64,000 bases of DNA from an uncultured Planctomycetaceae bacterium (GTDB lineage Bacteria; Planctomycetota; Planctomycetia; Planctomycetales; Planctomycetaceae), in contig CAWFAK010000007.1 of assembly GCA_963813715.1 (NCBI GenBank), positions 704,001-768,000 of the forward strand, given 5' to 3'. Shown here piece by piece: positions 20,854-29,282 of the stretch. Below the pieces are notes generated by a model that had not been told where the DNA came from, did not search any database, and worked only from the letters and a program-made list of their open reading frames with translations. Position 1 is the stretch's first letter. Every line of letters begins with the position of its first letter. A program made the translations under genes and the position numbers.

Positions 20854-20960
20854 GAGAGCGGCTCGGCGGCTAGGCAGACAGTATTTCTGAGGTCGGCTCT
20901 GGGCAATTCAATAACGCCGTTACCAACCAGCAAGCATGCCACGCGATATGGGGGACCTTC

Positions 20961-21407
20961 TCAAGTCCCACTGCATCCCTGTTGGTCGAGATCAAAAGGC
21001 GCCGGACCGCACTCGACACTTGAGGAATTCAGGCATTGGCAGCAAGGCATGATCACTCCCGTAACCGAGCAAAACGTTTCGGTGCAAGTTGCTTGCGTCG
21101 CCGAGTCACACGCGTCTTGCACCAACGCGCCAGTAAATGTCCCGGATCCGCCATAGCTCGAGGTGGCACCGCACGCATATGAACATAATCCGTCGCAGTC
21201 CGAAGTCGCAGATGTGCAGGTGTCAGTCGCAGAATCCGTGCAAGCGCTATTCGACGTCGATTGATACGAGCCACACTGCCCTCCGCGAATGCTCGCCGCG
21301 GTCGTGGCTGAAACCTCGACGACGTCCCCCGGCAATCGATCCGCTGACGGGAGAATGGCAAGGGCCGCAGATGCGAGGGCAAAGGCAAAGACTGAGACGC
21401 GAGACAT
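20961..21407 (-). CDS. Secreted Cys/Ser/Thr-rich precursor protein with double-glycine-type leader
   Basis: GAGGAG RBS; Sec-like signal MSRVSVFAFALASAALAIL; EVSATTAASIRGG| motif; 105-aa core with 14 Cys. Confidence 0.8.
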   Translation of the reverse strand: MSRVSVFAFALASAALAILPSADRLPGDVVEVSATTAASIRGGQCGSYQSTSNSACTDSATDTCTSATSDCDGLCSYACGATSSYGGSGTFTGALVQDACDSATQATCTETFCSVTGVIMPCCQCLNSSSVECGPAPFDLDQQGCSGT

Positions 21408-21760
21408 TTTTCTACTCCTCCAGAAACCGAAGTTCCTTACGGATCGTCAAATCTTGGAGCACGTAGGCAGTCCACTGACGCGGTAGCCACCGTTCAGCCG
21501 AGCGCAATGGCACGACGTTCGACGGTCGAGGCGTCAACGAAATCTCGGTTGGATCGGAACTCAGCTAATGATCCAGGCGTAGATCGCCCGGAGCATTGGT
21601 GATTCCTATTCCTGCGCAAAGGCCGCGCACGCTTTGCCGGCGCCTTGGACAAGGCTCGGCGGCACGAAGATGCGCTCATCCGAAAGAAGCAGCCCGCGGC
21701 GACGACCAACCAGGGTCGTTCGCGCCATTTCCGTCCAGCCATTGGTCCGGAACTGGGAAC

Positions 21761-21810
21761 ATCCTGATGCGATGATCTCGGAATGTCAAACAAAAACGAC
21801 AAAAAAATCG
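21761..21810 (-). promoter_or_regulatory. Candidate sigma-70 promoter for the precursor operon
   Basis: TTGACA (21789-21784)-N17-CAGGAT (21766-21761), preceded by T-tracts resembling an UP element. Confidence 0.4.
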
Positions 21811-21919
21811 GGGAAGCTGGAAAGTTATCGAGCAATCATTTTCCACCCACCATCACGAGCGACGACCAACACTCCACTGGATTCCACGAGATGCCAATTG
21901 TTCGGAGAGCGTCTCCAAT

Positions 21920-22189
21920 CTACTGATCACCCGGATGAGTTGACCGCGCAACAACATCGACGATGTCGCCGATGGTGCGCAAACCGATCGCCTGTTCGTC
22001 CGAGATCTGCATCCGCCACCGGTTCTCCAGCTCGAACCGCAACTCGAGAAGATCCAAAGACGCCAGGCCAACGTCCTCGATGATGTGTGATCCTTCCGTG
22101 AGATCAGTGAGCTTGGCTCGACCGTTGGAGGCGAGAGCTAACGCCGGCTTCAGTTGCTCGATGATCCGACATCGTTCGTCTTCGCCCAT
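21920..22189 (-). CDS. Acyl carrier protein
   Basis: Small acidic protein with EDVGLASLDLLELRFELE..ISDEQA..LRTIGDIVD (phosphopantetheine Ser in LASLD). Confidence 0.85.
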   Translation of the reverse strand: MGEDERCRIIEQLKPALALASNGRAKLTDLTEGSHIIEDVGLASLDLLELRFELENRWRMQISDEQAIGLRTIGDIVDVVARSTHPGDQ

Positions 22190-22343
22190 TGATGCAAATC
22201 CAGTCACAGATTAAGTTCCTGCCCGCGCGGTCGGGAACTCGTTCGAATGAGCCCGGTAGTATTCAAATCCTACCCCGCGCATAATTCAACGACCTCGCCT
22301 CGCTTGAAACTCGCCCCATCGTGGGACACGGCCACTCCTCGCC

Positions 22344-23768
22344 ATGCCGTTCAATTCCCTGGTTTTCCTCCTGTTCTTCCTGATCGTGGCACTCGTGCAC
22401 TCCCTGCCGCTGCCGGTGATCGTCCGCAAGCTTAACTTACTGATCGCGAGCTACGTGTTCTACGCGGCCTGGGACGTGCGCTATCCCCTGCTGTTGGCCT
22501 TCTCCACGCTGGTGAACTTTGGTGCCGCCGCTCTCATTCAAAATTGCGAAGGAAAGACTCAGACACGGCGCACGGTGCTGTGGATCAGCGTGCTTTTAAA
22601 CTTCGGTCTGCTGGCCTGCTTTAAGTATGGCAATGAGTTTCTCTCGGCCTGGGGACTGCTGGCAGACCGACTGCGAATCGCTGAACCTCCGCAGGTTACG
22701 ATTCTGCTGCCAATCGGACTGTCGTTCTTCACGTTTCAGGCCATGTCCTACACGATTGACGTCTATCGCCGCCAATTCCGACCGACGTCGTTGTTGGACC
22801 TGGCGATCTTTGGCTCGTTCTTCCCCGTGCTCCTGGCCGGGCCGATTTTGCGAGCCGGGCAGTTCATTCCGCAGTGCACCCCGCCGCGACGGGCCACGGG
22901 TCGTGAGTTCTGCTGGGGACTCTCGCTGCTCACCCTGGGCCTGTTCTTGAAGGTCACGCTAGCCGATCATTTGCTTGCGCCGATCGCACAACAGGTGTAC
23001 GACCTCAGTCTGCGACCCGACACGCTCAGCTCCTGGACAGGCACACTGGTCTTCGCGGCTCAGGACTATTGCGACTTCGCGGGCTATTCGACGTGTGCGA
23101 TGGGCATTGGCCTATGCCTTGGCTTCGTGCTGCCGGCCAACTTCCGCTCCCCATTGGCATCGATCGGCTTTCGCGATGTATGGCAGCGCTGGCATATCAC
23201 GCTCGTCGTCTGGATGCGCGACTATGTCTTCAATCCTCTAGGCGGCGTCTTCAAAGGATATGCCCGCGCCGCACTCAATGTGATAATCGTGATGCTCCTC
23301 ATCGGAGTTTGGCACGGCGCGACGGCCACCTTTTTGATCTTTGGCTTTCTGCACGGATCGTTCTTGATCGGCGAGACATTGCTGCAACGTACGCGGCTGC
23401 GTCGACTGCCTGTCTGGGCAACGCCGTTCGGGAAGTTCGTCCTCTGGGCGGTCACTATCATGCTGTGCCTGGTCGCGTTCGTCTTCTATCGGGCGGCCAA
23501 CCTCGAGCAGGCTCGTTGGATATTGGCGTCCATGGCCGGCTTCCCCAGCGGTGTCGGGAGCTTCGGCCTGACGGATCACGATCTGTTGATCGGACTCGTC
23601 ACTGTCGAGTGTCTGATCGTCGCCCACTGGGTCGTGCGCAACCAGAATCTCGAAACGGCCGTCGCACGCATCCCTTGGTGGAGCGTTTCGTTCGGACTCG
23701 CGGCGATGTTGGTGGCCATCACACTGAGTTCGGGCGAATCGCAGACCTTTTTGTATTTTCAGTTCTGA
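22344..23768 (+). CDS. MBOAT family O-acyltransferase (AlgI/DltB-like)
   Basis: MPFNSLVFLLFF, ASYVFYAAWD, LPIGLSFFTFQAMSYTIDVYR, YCDFAGYS, WQRWHITL, IGVWHGA, FLYFQF. Confidence 0.92.
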   Translation: MPFNSLVFLLFFLIVALVHSLPLPVIVRKLNLLIASYVFYAAWDVRYPLLLAFSTLVNFGAAALIQNCEGKTQTRRTVLWISVLLNFGLLACFKYGNEFLSAWGLLADRLRIAEPPQVTILLPIGLSFFTFQAMSYTIDVYRRQFRPTSLLDLAIFGSFFPVLLAGPILRAGQFIPQCTPPRRATGREFCWGLSLLTLGLFLKVTLADHLLAPIAQQVYDLSLRPDTLSSWTGTLVFAAQDYCDFAGYSTCAMGIGLCLGFVLPANFRSPLASIGFRDVWQRWHITLVVWMRDYVFNPLGGVFKGYARAALNVIIVMLLIGVWHGATATFLIFGFLHGSFLIGETLLQRTRLRRLPVWATPFGKFVLWAVTIMLCLVAFVFYRAANLEQARWILASMAGFPSGVGSFGLTDHDLLIGLVTVECLIVAHWVVRNQNLETAVARIPWWSVSFGLAAMLVAITLSSGESQTFLYFQF

Positions 23769-23810
23769 GAGTTTTCCGCTGCTCCAAACTGTCATGACCT
23801 CAACGGACTC

Positions 23811-24873
23811 ATGAGTTCATCCGCAACGACGCCCGGGACAACTCCGACCACGCCGTCCGGCACGGCGCGCGAGGACACGTCGCGACGGTTGCCGGAAGCG
23901 CGGGTCTACCTCTTGGGTCTCGTACTGTTCGTCGGGATGATCGGTGCGCTGGAGGTATACTGGCGGGGACGAGCGTTCGAACCCAACGTTCCGGATTCCC
24001 CGGACCTGTGGGCCTATCACTGGTCCCGAGTCGTCGGCAACGATCCCAATCTGATCGTCGCCATCGGCACGTCGCGCATTCGCACCGCTGTGCGGCCGGA
24101 CGTGATTCAGGAGCGTCTCCCTTCCCAACGACTAATTCAACTGGGAGTGAACGGGCCCTCCGGATCGCTCGGTCTACTGGCCGAAATCAGTCGCATTCCG
24201 CATTTCCGCGGTCTCGTTCTCTGCGACTTGCTTCCGCCCCTGATGGCACCCGAGCAAGGGCGTGAACAGGTCGCCATGGCTCGTAGGCCGAATACCACGG
24301 CACACACTTTGAATACCTACTTGCGTTCGTTGCTGTGTGACCGACTGGTCGTCCTCAACTCGGCATTATCCGTTCGCAATTGGTTTGCACAGCGCGACTC
24401 GTTTCGTCCGGAGAGTGTCGGTCCGCGCCTGCGGGTCCACGCGGATCGGACTCTCGAGATTAGTTATCCCACGGACGAAGCGCTCGAAGACGATTCGTGA
24501 GAACCGTTTTCGCGACTACGCCGGCCGCTACTCAAAGGCCCGTCGTTACAAGAACATGGACGAATTCCGGGAAGCGATCCGCGACGTGGCCGACTCGGTG
24601 GCCCGCATAAAACAAAACGGCGGCAAGGTCGTGTTCTTGCGGTTACCAGCAGCCGGCGCCCGACTGCAACTCGAAGAAGCGACCTATCCTTCTGCGCTCT
24701 ATTTCGGGGTGTTGGCAGAAACAACTTCCGCGCCCTGGATCGACTTTCGCGAGCTCTCGCACGAAGACGATCTCGACTGCCCCGATGAGTCACATCTATC
24801 CGCGGACTCCGCCCCGGTCTTTACAAGTCGCCTCGTCGAAAGGCTGCGCCGCGGCTCGCTCCTGGGCCAATAG
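23811..24873 (+). CDS. Membrane-anchored SGNH/DltD-AlgJ-like protein (apparent frameshift near 24490)
   Basis: N-terminal TM, IGTSR (block I), and in the shifted frame GGKVVFLRLP and CPDESHL (DxxH). Directly follows the MBOAT gene. Confidence 0.7.
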
Positions 24874-25345
24874 TTTGCCAGGACTCAGCTGCGCAAAACT
24901 CGGTGGCCGCACGAAATCGGTCGCGCCGCCGACGGCAAAAAGTGCATCGCTCGACGAGAGTCGTCCCTGGGGACAACCCTCGGGTCGCAAGTCGGTGCTT
25001 GGCGCTGGCACCAGGCTGGGACACAATAGTTGGAAGGCGGTTTTCTTCGCCGCGGAAGGACCGACGCAGGTAATGCGCAAATTTTGAAACCATTGCAGGG
25101 TGACCGGCGTCGAACAAGGTAGGGCAGGACCTCCGCGAACCTGACCGCGCGCCTTGGGCCAAACACCCAGGACAATTTTCGCCTCTCGCAGCGTCTATTA
25201 GGGCGGAAACTTCCGAACGGAGAGGCGGATTGACCGCCCGATCCGTCCGTAGCCCGAGATCCGGGAGGAAACCTTCAGGGAATCCGAAGGTACCCGGCGT
25301 AGAATCATCCGGACTCGAGACCCCAGCACAGAGAGAGTGCATCCG

Positions 25346-26377
25346 ATGGACCAAGTCGCGGCTTCGACTCTGCCGGCCGAGCGGCTCAGCGAGAACGACG
25401 TTCAGGCGATCGATGACCTCCGCTCGACTTATTCGCGGTTACGCAGCGAATTGGGACGGGTGATTGTTGGCCAGCACAACGTCATCGAGCGGCTCGCGCT
25501 CTGCCTTTTCGCCCGCGGGCATGCACTGCTACTCGGCGTGCCCGGCCTGGCCAAGACGCTCTTGGTCAGCAAGCTGGCCGAAACCATGTCGCTGAAATTC
25601 AGCCGCATCCAGTTCACTCCCGACTTGATGCCGATGGACATCACCGGGACCGACATCCTGCAGGACCAAGCGGGCGGAAAGCGGGAGTTTCAGTTCGTGC
25701 ATGGGCCGGTCTTCGCGAACATCGTGCTGGCCGACGAGATCAACCGCGCCCCACCGAAGACGCAGGCCGCCATGCTCGAAGCCATGCAGGAGCACAAGGT
25801 GACGGTGGTCGGCAAGCCGTTTCGACTGGAACCGCCGTTCGTGGTGCTGGCGACTCAGAACCCTGTCGAGCAGGAAGGCACCTATCCGCTGCCCGAAGCG
25901 CAGCTCGATCGTTTCATGTTCTTAATCGAGCTCGACTATCCCTCGGAAGCCGAGGAAGTGCAGATCGCCCGCACGACCACCGGCGACGCGCTGCCCGAAC
26001 TCAATCATCTTCTGAGTGCGGCGGACATTATCCAGCACCAAAATCTGGTGCGCCGCGTACCGGTGCCGGATCACATTTATAAGTATGCGGCTCGGCTCGT
26101 TCGCAAAACGCGTCCGAATGGCGCCACCGCGCCGGCCTGGCTCAAGCCCTTGGTTGCGTGGGGCGCGGGACCGCGAGCCGTGCAGTATCTGATCCTCGGA
26201 GCCAAGGCGCGTGCCGCCCTCTTGGGGAGTTACATGGTGCGGCTGGAGGATATCCAACAAGTCGCCGCGCCCGTGCTGACGCACCGCGTGATCACGACGT
26301 TCACCGCGCAGTCCGAGGGGATCGACGCTCGGCAGATCGTTCGCCGCCTGATCGAAGAGACCAGCACGGAAGAGTGA
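25346..26377 (+). CDS. moxR: MoxR family AAA+ ATPase
   Basis: GVPGLAKT, RIQFTPDLMPMD, LADEINRAPPKTQAAMLEAMQE, ATQNPVEQEGTYPLPEAQLDRF. Confidence 0.95.
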   Translation: MDQVAASTLPAERLSENDVQAIDDLRSTYSRLRSELGRVIVGQHNVIERLALCLFARGHALLLGVPGLAKTLLVSKLAETMSLKFSRIQFTPDLMPMDITGTDILQDQAGGKREFQFVHGPVFANIVLADEINRAPPKTQAAMLEAMQEHKVTVVGKPFRLEPPFVVLATQNPVEQEGTYPLPEAQLDRFMFLIELDYPSEAEEVQIARTTTGDALPELNHLLSAADIIQHQNLVRRVPVPDHIYKYAARLVRKTRPNGATAPAWLKPLVAWGAGPRAVQYLILGAKARAALLGSYMVRLEDIQQVAAPVLTHRVITTFTAQSEGIDARQIVRRLIEETSTEE

Positions 26378-27297
26378 GGGTTTCGGTGCTTTTCGACCGC
26401 CGTGCCCGTAGTTTTCTCGATGCCGCCGCCCTATCCCGGTTGGCCGCGGTGCCGTTGTTCGCCCGTCTCCCGATGCAGGGAACCGTGTCGGGGCGGCATC
26501 CCAGTCCGCATCGCGGCTCGAGCGTCGAGTTTGCCGAGTATCGCAAATACGTTCCCGGCGACGATTTGCGGCGATTGGATTGGCGGGCCTACGGCCGCTC
26601 CGACCGGTTCTACGTCAAGGAATTCGAGGCCGACACGAACCTCCGCTTGTGCCTCGTACTCGACACCAGCGGTTCGATGGGTTTTGGTCCGGCCAGCGCA
26701 ACAAAGCTCGACTACGCCCGCCGCGTCGCCGGCGCACTCGGTTACCTGGCCATTCAGCAGGGAGACGCTGTCGGACTCTCGTGTGTGGCCAATGGCCTCG
26801 TGCGGAACATTCCGCCCAAGCGCAACCCGACACACCTTATCGCGCTCTTCGACTTGCTCGAACAGGCCAAGCCCAGCGGTGAAACGCAACTCGCTCCGGT
26901 GCTTCATGAACTGGCCGAGACGATCCGCCAACGAGCGATGATCGTCATTATCTCGGACCTGTTCGTCGAACCAGAGCTGCTCGGCAGCTGCTTCCAGCAT
27001 CTGCGCTTCCGCCGACACGACGTGGTCGTCTTTCATTTGCTCGAATCTCAAGAGATCGACTTCGAGTTCCGGCGGCCCATGCGGTTTCTCGACATGGAGG
27101 GGGGCACGTCGATCTTCGCCGACCCCAACGAGATTGCCGACCGCTATCACCGGGCGCTCAACACCTACCTAACGGAACTGAAACGCGTCGTGCTGGAATC
27201 GTCGGTCGATTACCGACGCGTCCTGCTTAACGAGGACTATGAGCGGGTCCTGACTCGCTTTCTGATCGGCCGCGCCCGAGGAAGGGGCGCGCAATGA
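26374..27297 (+). CDS. DUF58 domain (vWA-like) protein
   Basis: GRHPSPHRGSSVEFAEYRKYVPGDDLRRLDW, DTSGSM, IISDLF. GTGA overlap with the moxR stop. Confidence 0.92.
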   Translation: MRVSVLFDRRARSFLDAAALSRLAAVPLFARLPMQGTVSGRHPSPHRGSSVEFAEYRKYVPGDDLRRLDWRAYGRSDRFYVKEFEADTNLRLCLVLDTSGSMGFGPASATKLDYARRVAGALGYLAIQQGDAVGLSCVANGLVRNIPPKRNPTHLIALFDLLEQAKPSGETQLAPVLHELAETIRQRAMIVIISDLFVEPELLGSCFQHLRFRRHDVVVFHLLESQEIDFEFRRPMRFLDMEGGTSIFADPNEIADRYHRALNTYLTELKRVVLESSVDYRRVLLNEDYERVLTRFLIGRARGRGAQ

Positions 27298-29282
27298 GTT
27301 TCCTGCAGCCCTGGATGTTGTTCTCGCTTCCGCTCGCGCTCCTGCCGGTCATCATTCACCTCATCAACCAGCGGCGGTACCAGACGGTTCGCTGGGGGGC
27401 GATGATGTTCCTGCTCACCGCGAACCGCATGGCGCGCGGATTCGCCCGGTTGCGGCAGTGGCTGATCATGGCGGCGCGCATGCTGGCCATCGCGGGGCTG
27501 ATCTTCGCCGTCAGCCGCCCACTCGCCAGTGGCTGGCTCGGCCTGGCGGCCGGCGGCCGGCCCGATACGACGATCATCCTGCTCGACCGCTCCCCGAGCA
27601 TGCAGCAAAAAGGGAGTGGCGGAGGCGACTCGAAGCTGGCCACCGGCGTCCAACAACTCGCGCAAACTCTGGCAACGCTCAAGTCGGCTCACTGGGTGCT
27701 GATCGACAGCACGACCAGGAAACCGGTCGAACTCGATTCGCCCGAGTCGCTGTTGAAGTCGCCCGCGGCCGAAGCGACCAGTGCCGCCTCCGATATTCCG
27801 GGCCTGCTCGAAGCGGCCTGTGATTACATCCAAACTAACAAGTCAGGGCGGACGGACATCTGGATTTGCTCCGATCTCCGCCAGAACGACTGGAATCCGA
27901 AAAGCGGACGTTGGCAGGCCATTCGCGAGTCATTGCTGGCGCTGCGGCAGGGAATCCGCATCAATCTGTTGGCCTATCCCGAAGCGGCCGACGGCAACGT
28001 CTCGGTGCGGGTTTCGGATGTCCGCCGCGTGCAAAATGGACCAGCCGCCGATCTCGTCCTTTCGGTGCGGCTGGCGCGGGAAGGCGAAGATCAGTCGCGA
28101 GTTTCGATTCCCCTGCATTTCGAGATCGACGGCGCTCGCTCGGAGGCGACCGTCGAAATGGACAAGTCGCCCTACGAGTTGAAGGATTACCGCATCCCGC
28201 TGGAATCCAAGCAGCCGCGCAGCTGGGGCAAAGTGACGATCCCCGCCGATCTCAACCCGGCCGACAATGATTTTTACTTCGCCTTCGAGAAGCCGGTTGC
28301 TCGACACGCCGTCGTGGTGGTCGAAGACAACCAAGTCGCCAAAGCGCTGCAACTGGCGGCGGCGATACCTCCAGAGCCGGGCATCCAATGTTCGGTGGAA
28401 ATCGTCGCCCCCGAGCAAGCGCCAAATGTCGAGTGGGAAAAGGTGGCCCTCTTGATGTGGCAAGGTCCGCTCCCCGAAGGAGACGCCGGGCGCCACGTCC
28501 AGGACTTCATCAAACGCGGGGGTTCGGCCATCTTTCTGCCTCCGCGCACGCCTAACGACCAGGAGTTTTTTGGGGCTCGGTGGAAAGCGTGGAATCCGGC
28601 GGGCAGCAAGGACTCGTTGATCGCAAATTGGCGCAGCGACCAGGATTTGCTCGCCAACACGCAAAGCGGCGCGCGGCTTCCGGTGGGGCAACTCCAAGTC
28701 CATCGCTACTGTATGCTGACGGGGGACTTTACGCCGCTGGCGAGCCTGCAAGGCGGAACACCGCTCTTAGCCCGGGCCGCGCAGAATCACAGCGGCGCGT
28801 TTTTCTTTGCGACAACCACCTCCCCGGCCGATTCGTCGCTGGCGACAGACGGCGTCGTGCTCTATGTCCTTGTCCAACGCGCGATGGCGGCCGGCGCTTC
28901 GGCCCTCGGGACGACTCACCAACTGAACGCCGGAGAAACACTTCCCGCCTCTCTACCCGATTCGTGGCAACGCTTGGCAGGCCCCGAAGACGCGCGGTCG
29001 GGCGCGTACTCCGTTCATCGCGGGGTCTACCTCGCCGGCGATCAGCTACTCGCGCTCAACCGTCCCGCCCAAGAGGACCAAGCGACCGTTCTCGACGACG
29101 GACGTGTCGCCGACCTGTTTGATGGGCTGAATTTCATCCGCGTCGATCACCGGGCCGGGCACATCGGCATTCTGATCGCGGAGATTTGGCGGCCGTTTCT
29201 CGCCGCCATGATTATCGCGCTGATTGCCGAGGCCGCACTCTGCATGCCTCGCACGGCAGCCAAAGCAGGGAGACCGGCATGA
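27294..29282 (+). CDS. BatA N-terminal domain + vWA protein
   Basis: MSFLQPW..LPVIIHLINQRR..WGAMMFL (BatA), DRSPSM MIDAS motif, C-terminal EIWRPF TM. Confidence 0.88.
   Translation: MSFLQPWMLFSLPLALLPVIIHLINQRRYQTVRWGAMMFLLTANRMARGFARLRQWLIMAARMLAIAGLIFAVSRPLASGWLGLAAGGRPDTTIILLDRSPSMQQKGSGGGDSKLATGVQQLAQTLATLKSAHWVLIDSTTRKPVELDSPESLLKSPAAEATSAASDIPGLLEAACDYIQTNKSGRTDIWICSDLRQNDWNPKSGRWQAIRESLLALRQGIRINLLAYPEAADGNVSVRVSDVRRVQNGPAADLVLSVRLAREGEDQSRVSIPLHFEIDGARSEATVEMDKSPYELKDYRIPLESKQPRSWGKVTIPADLNPADNDFYFAFEKPVARHAVVVVEDNQVAKALQLAAAIPPEPGIQCSVEIVAPEQAPNVEWEKVALLMWQGPLPEGDAGRHVQDFIKRGGSAIFLPPRTPNDQEFFGARWKAWNPAGSKDSLIANWRSDQDLLANTQSGARLPVGQLQVHRYCMLTGDFTPLASLQGGTPLLARAAQNHSGAFFFATTTSPADSSLATDGVVLYVLVQRAMAAGASALGTTHQLNAGETLPASLPDSWQRLAGPEDARSGAYSVHRGVYLAGDQLLALNRPAQEDQATVLDDGRVADLFDGLNFIRVDHRAGHIGILIAEIWRPFLAAMIIALIAEAALCMPRTAAKAGRPA

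Noticed and set aside
20961..21407. Classical lanthipeptide or sactipeptide assignment for the precursor
   Set aside because: No LanB/LanM/LanKC, YcaO or radical SAM gene in the window, and the precursor carries a Sec-type signal.
21494..21835. 113-aa ORF upstream of the precursor
   Set aside because: No RBS or recognisable motifs, and it overlaps the candidate promoter; probably non-coding.
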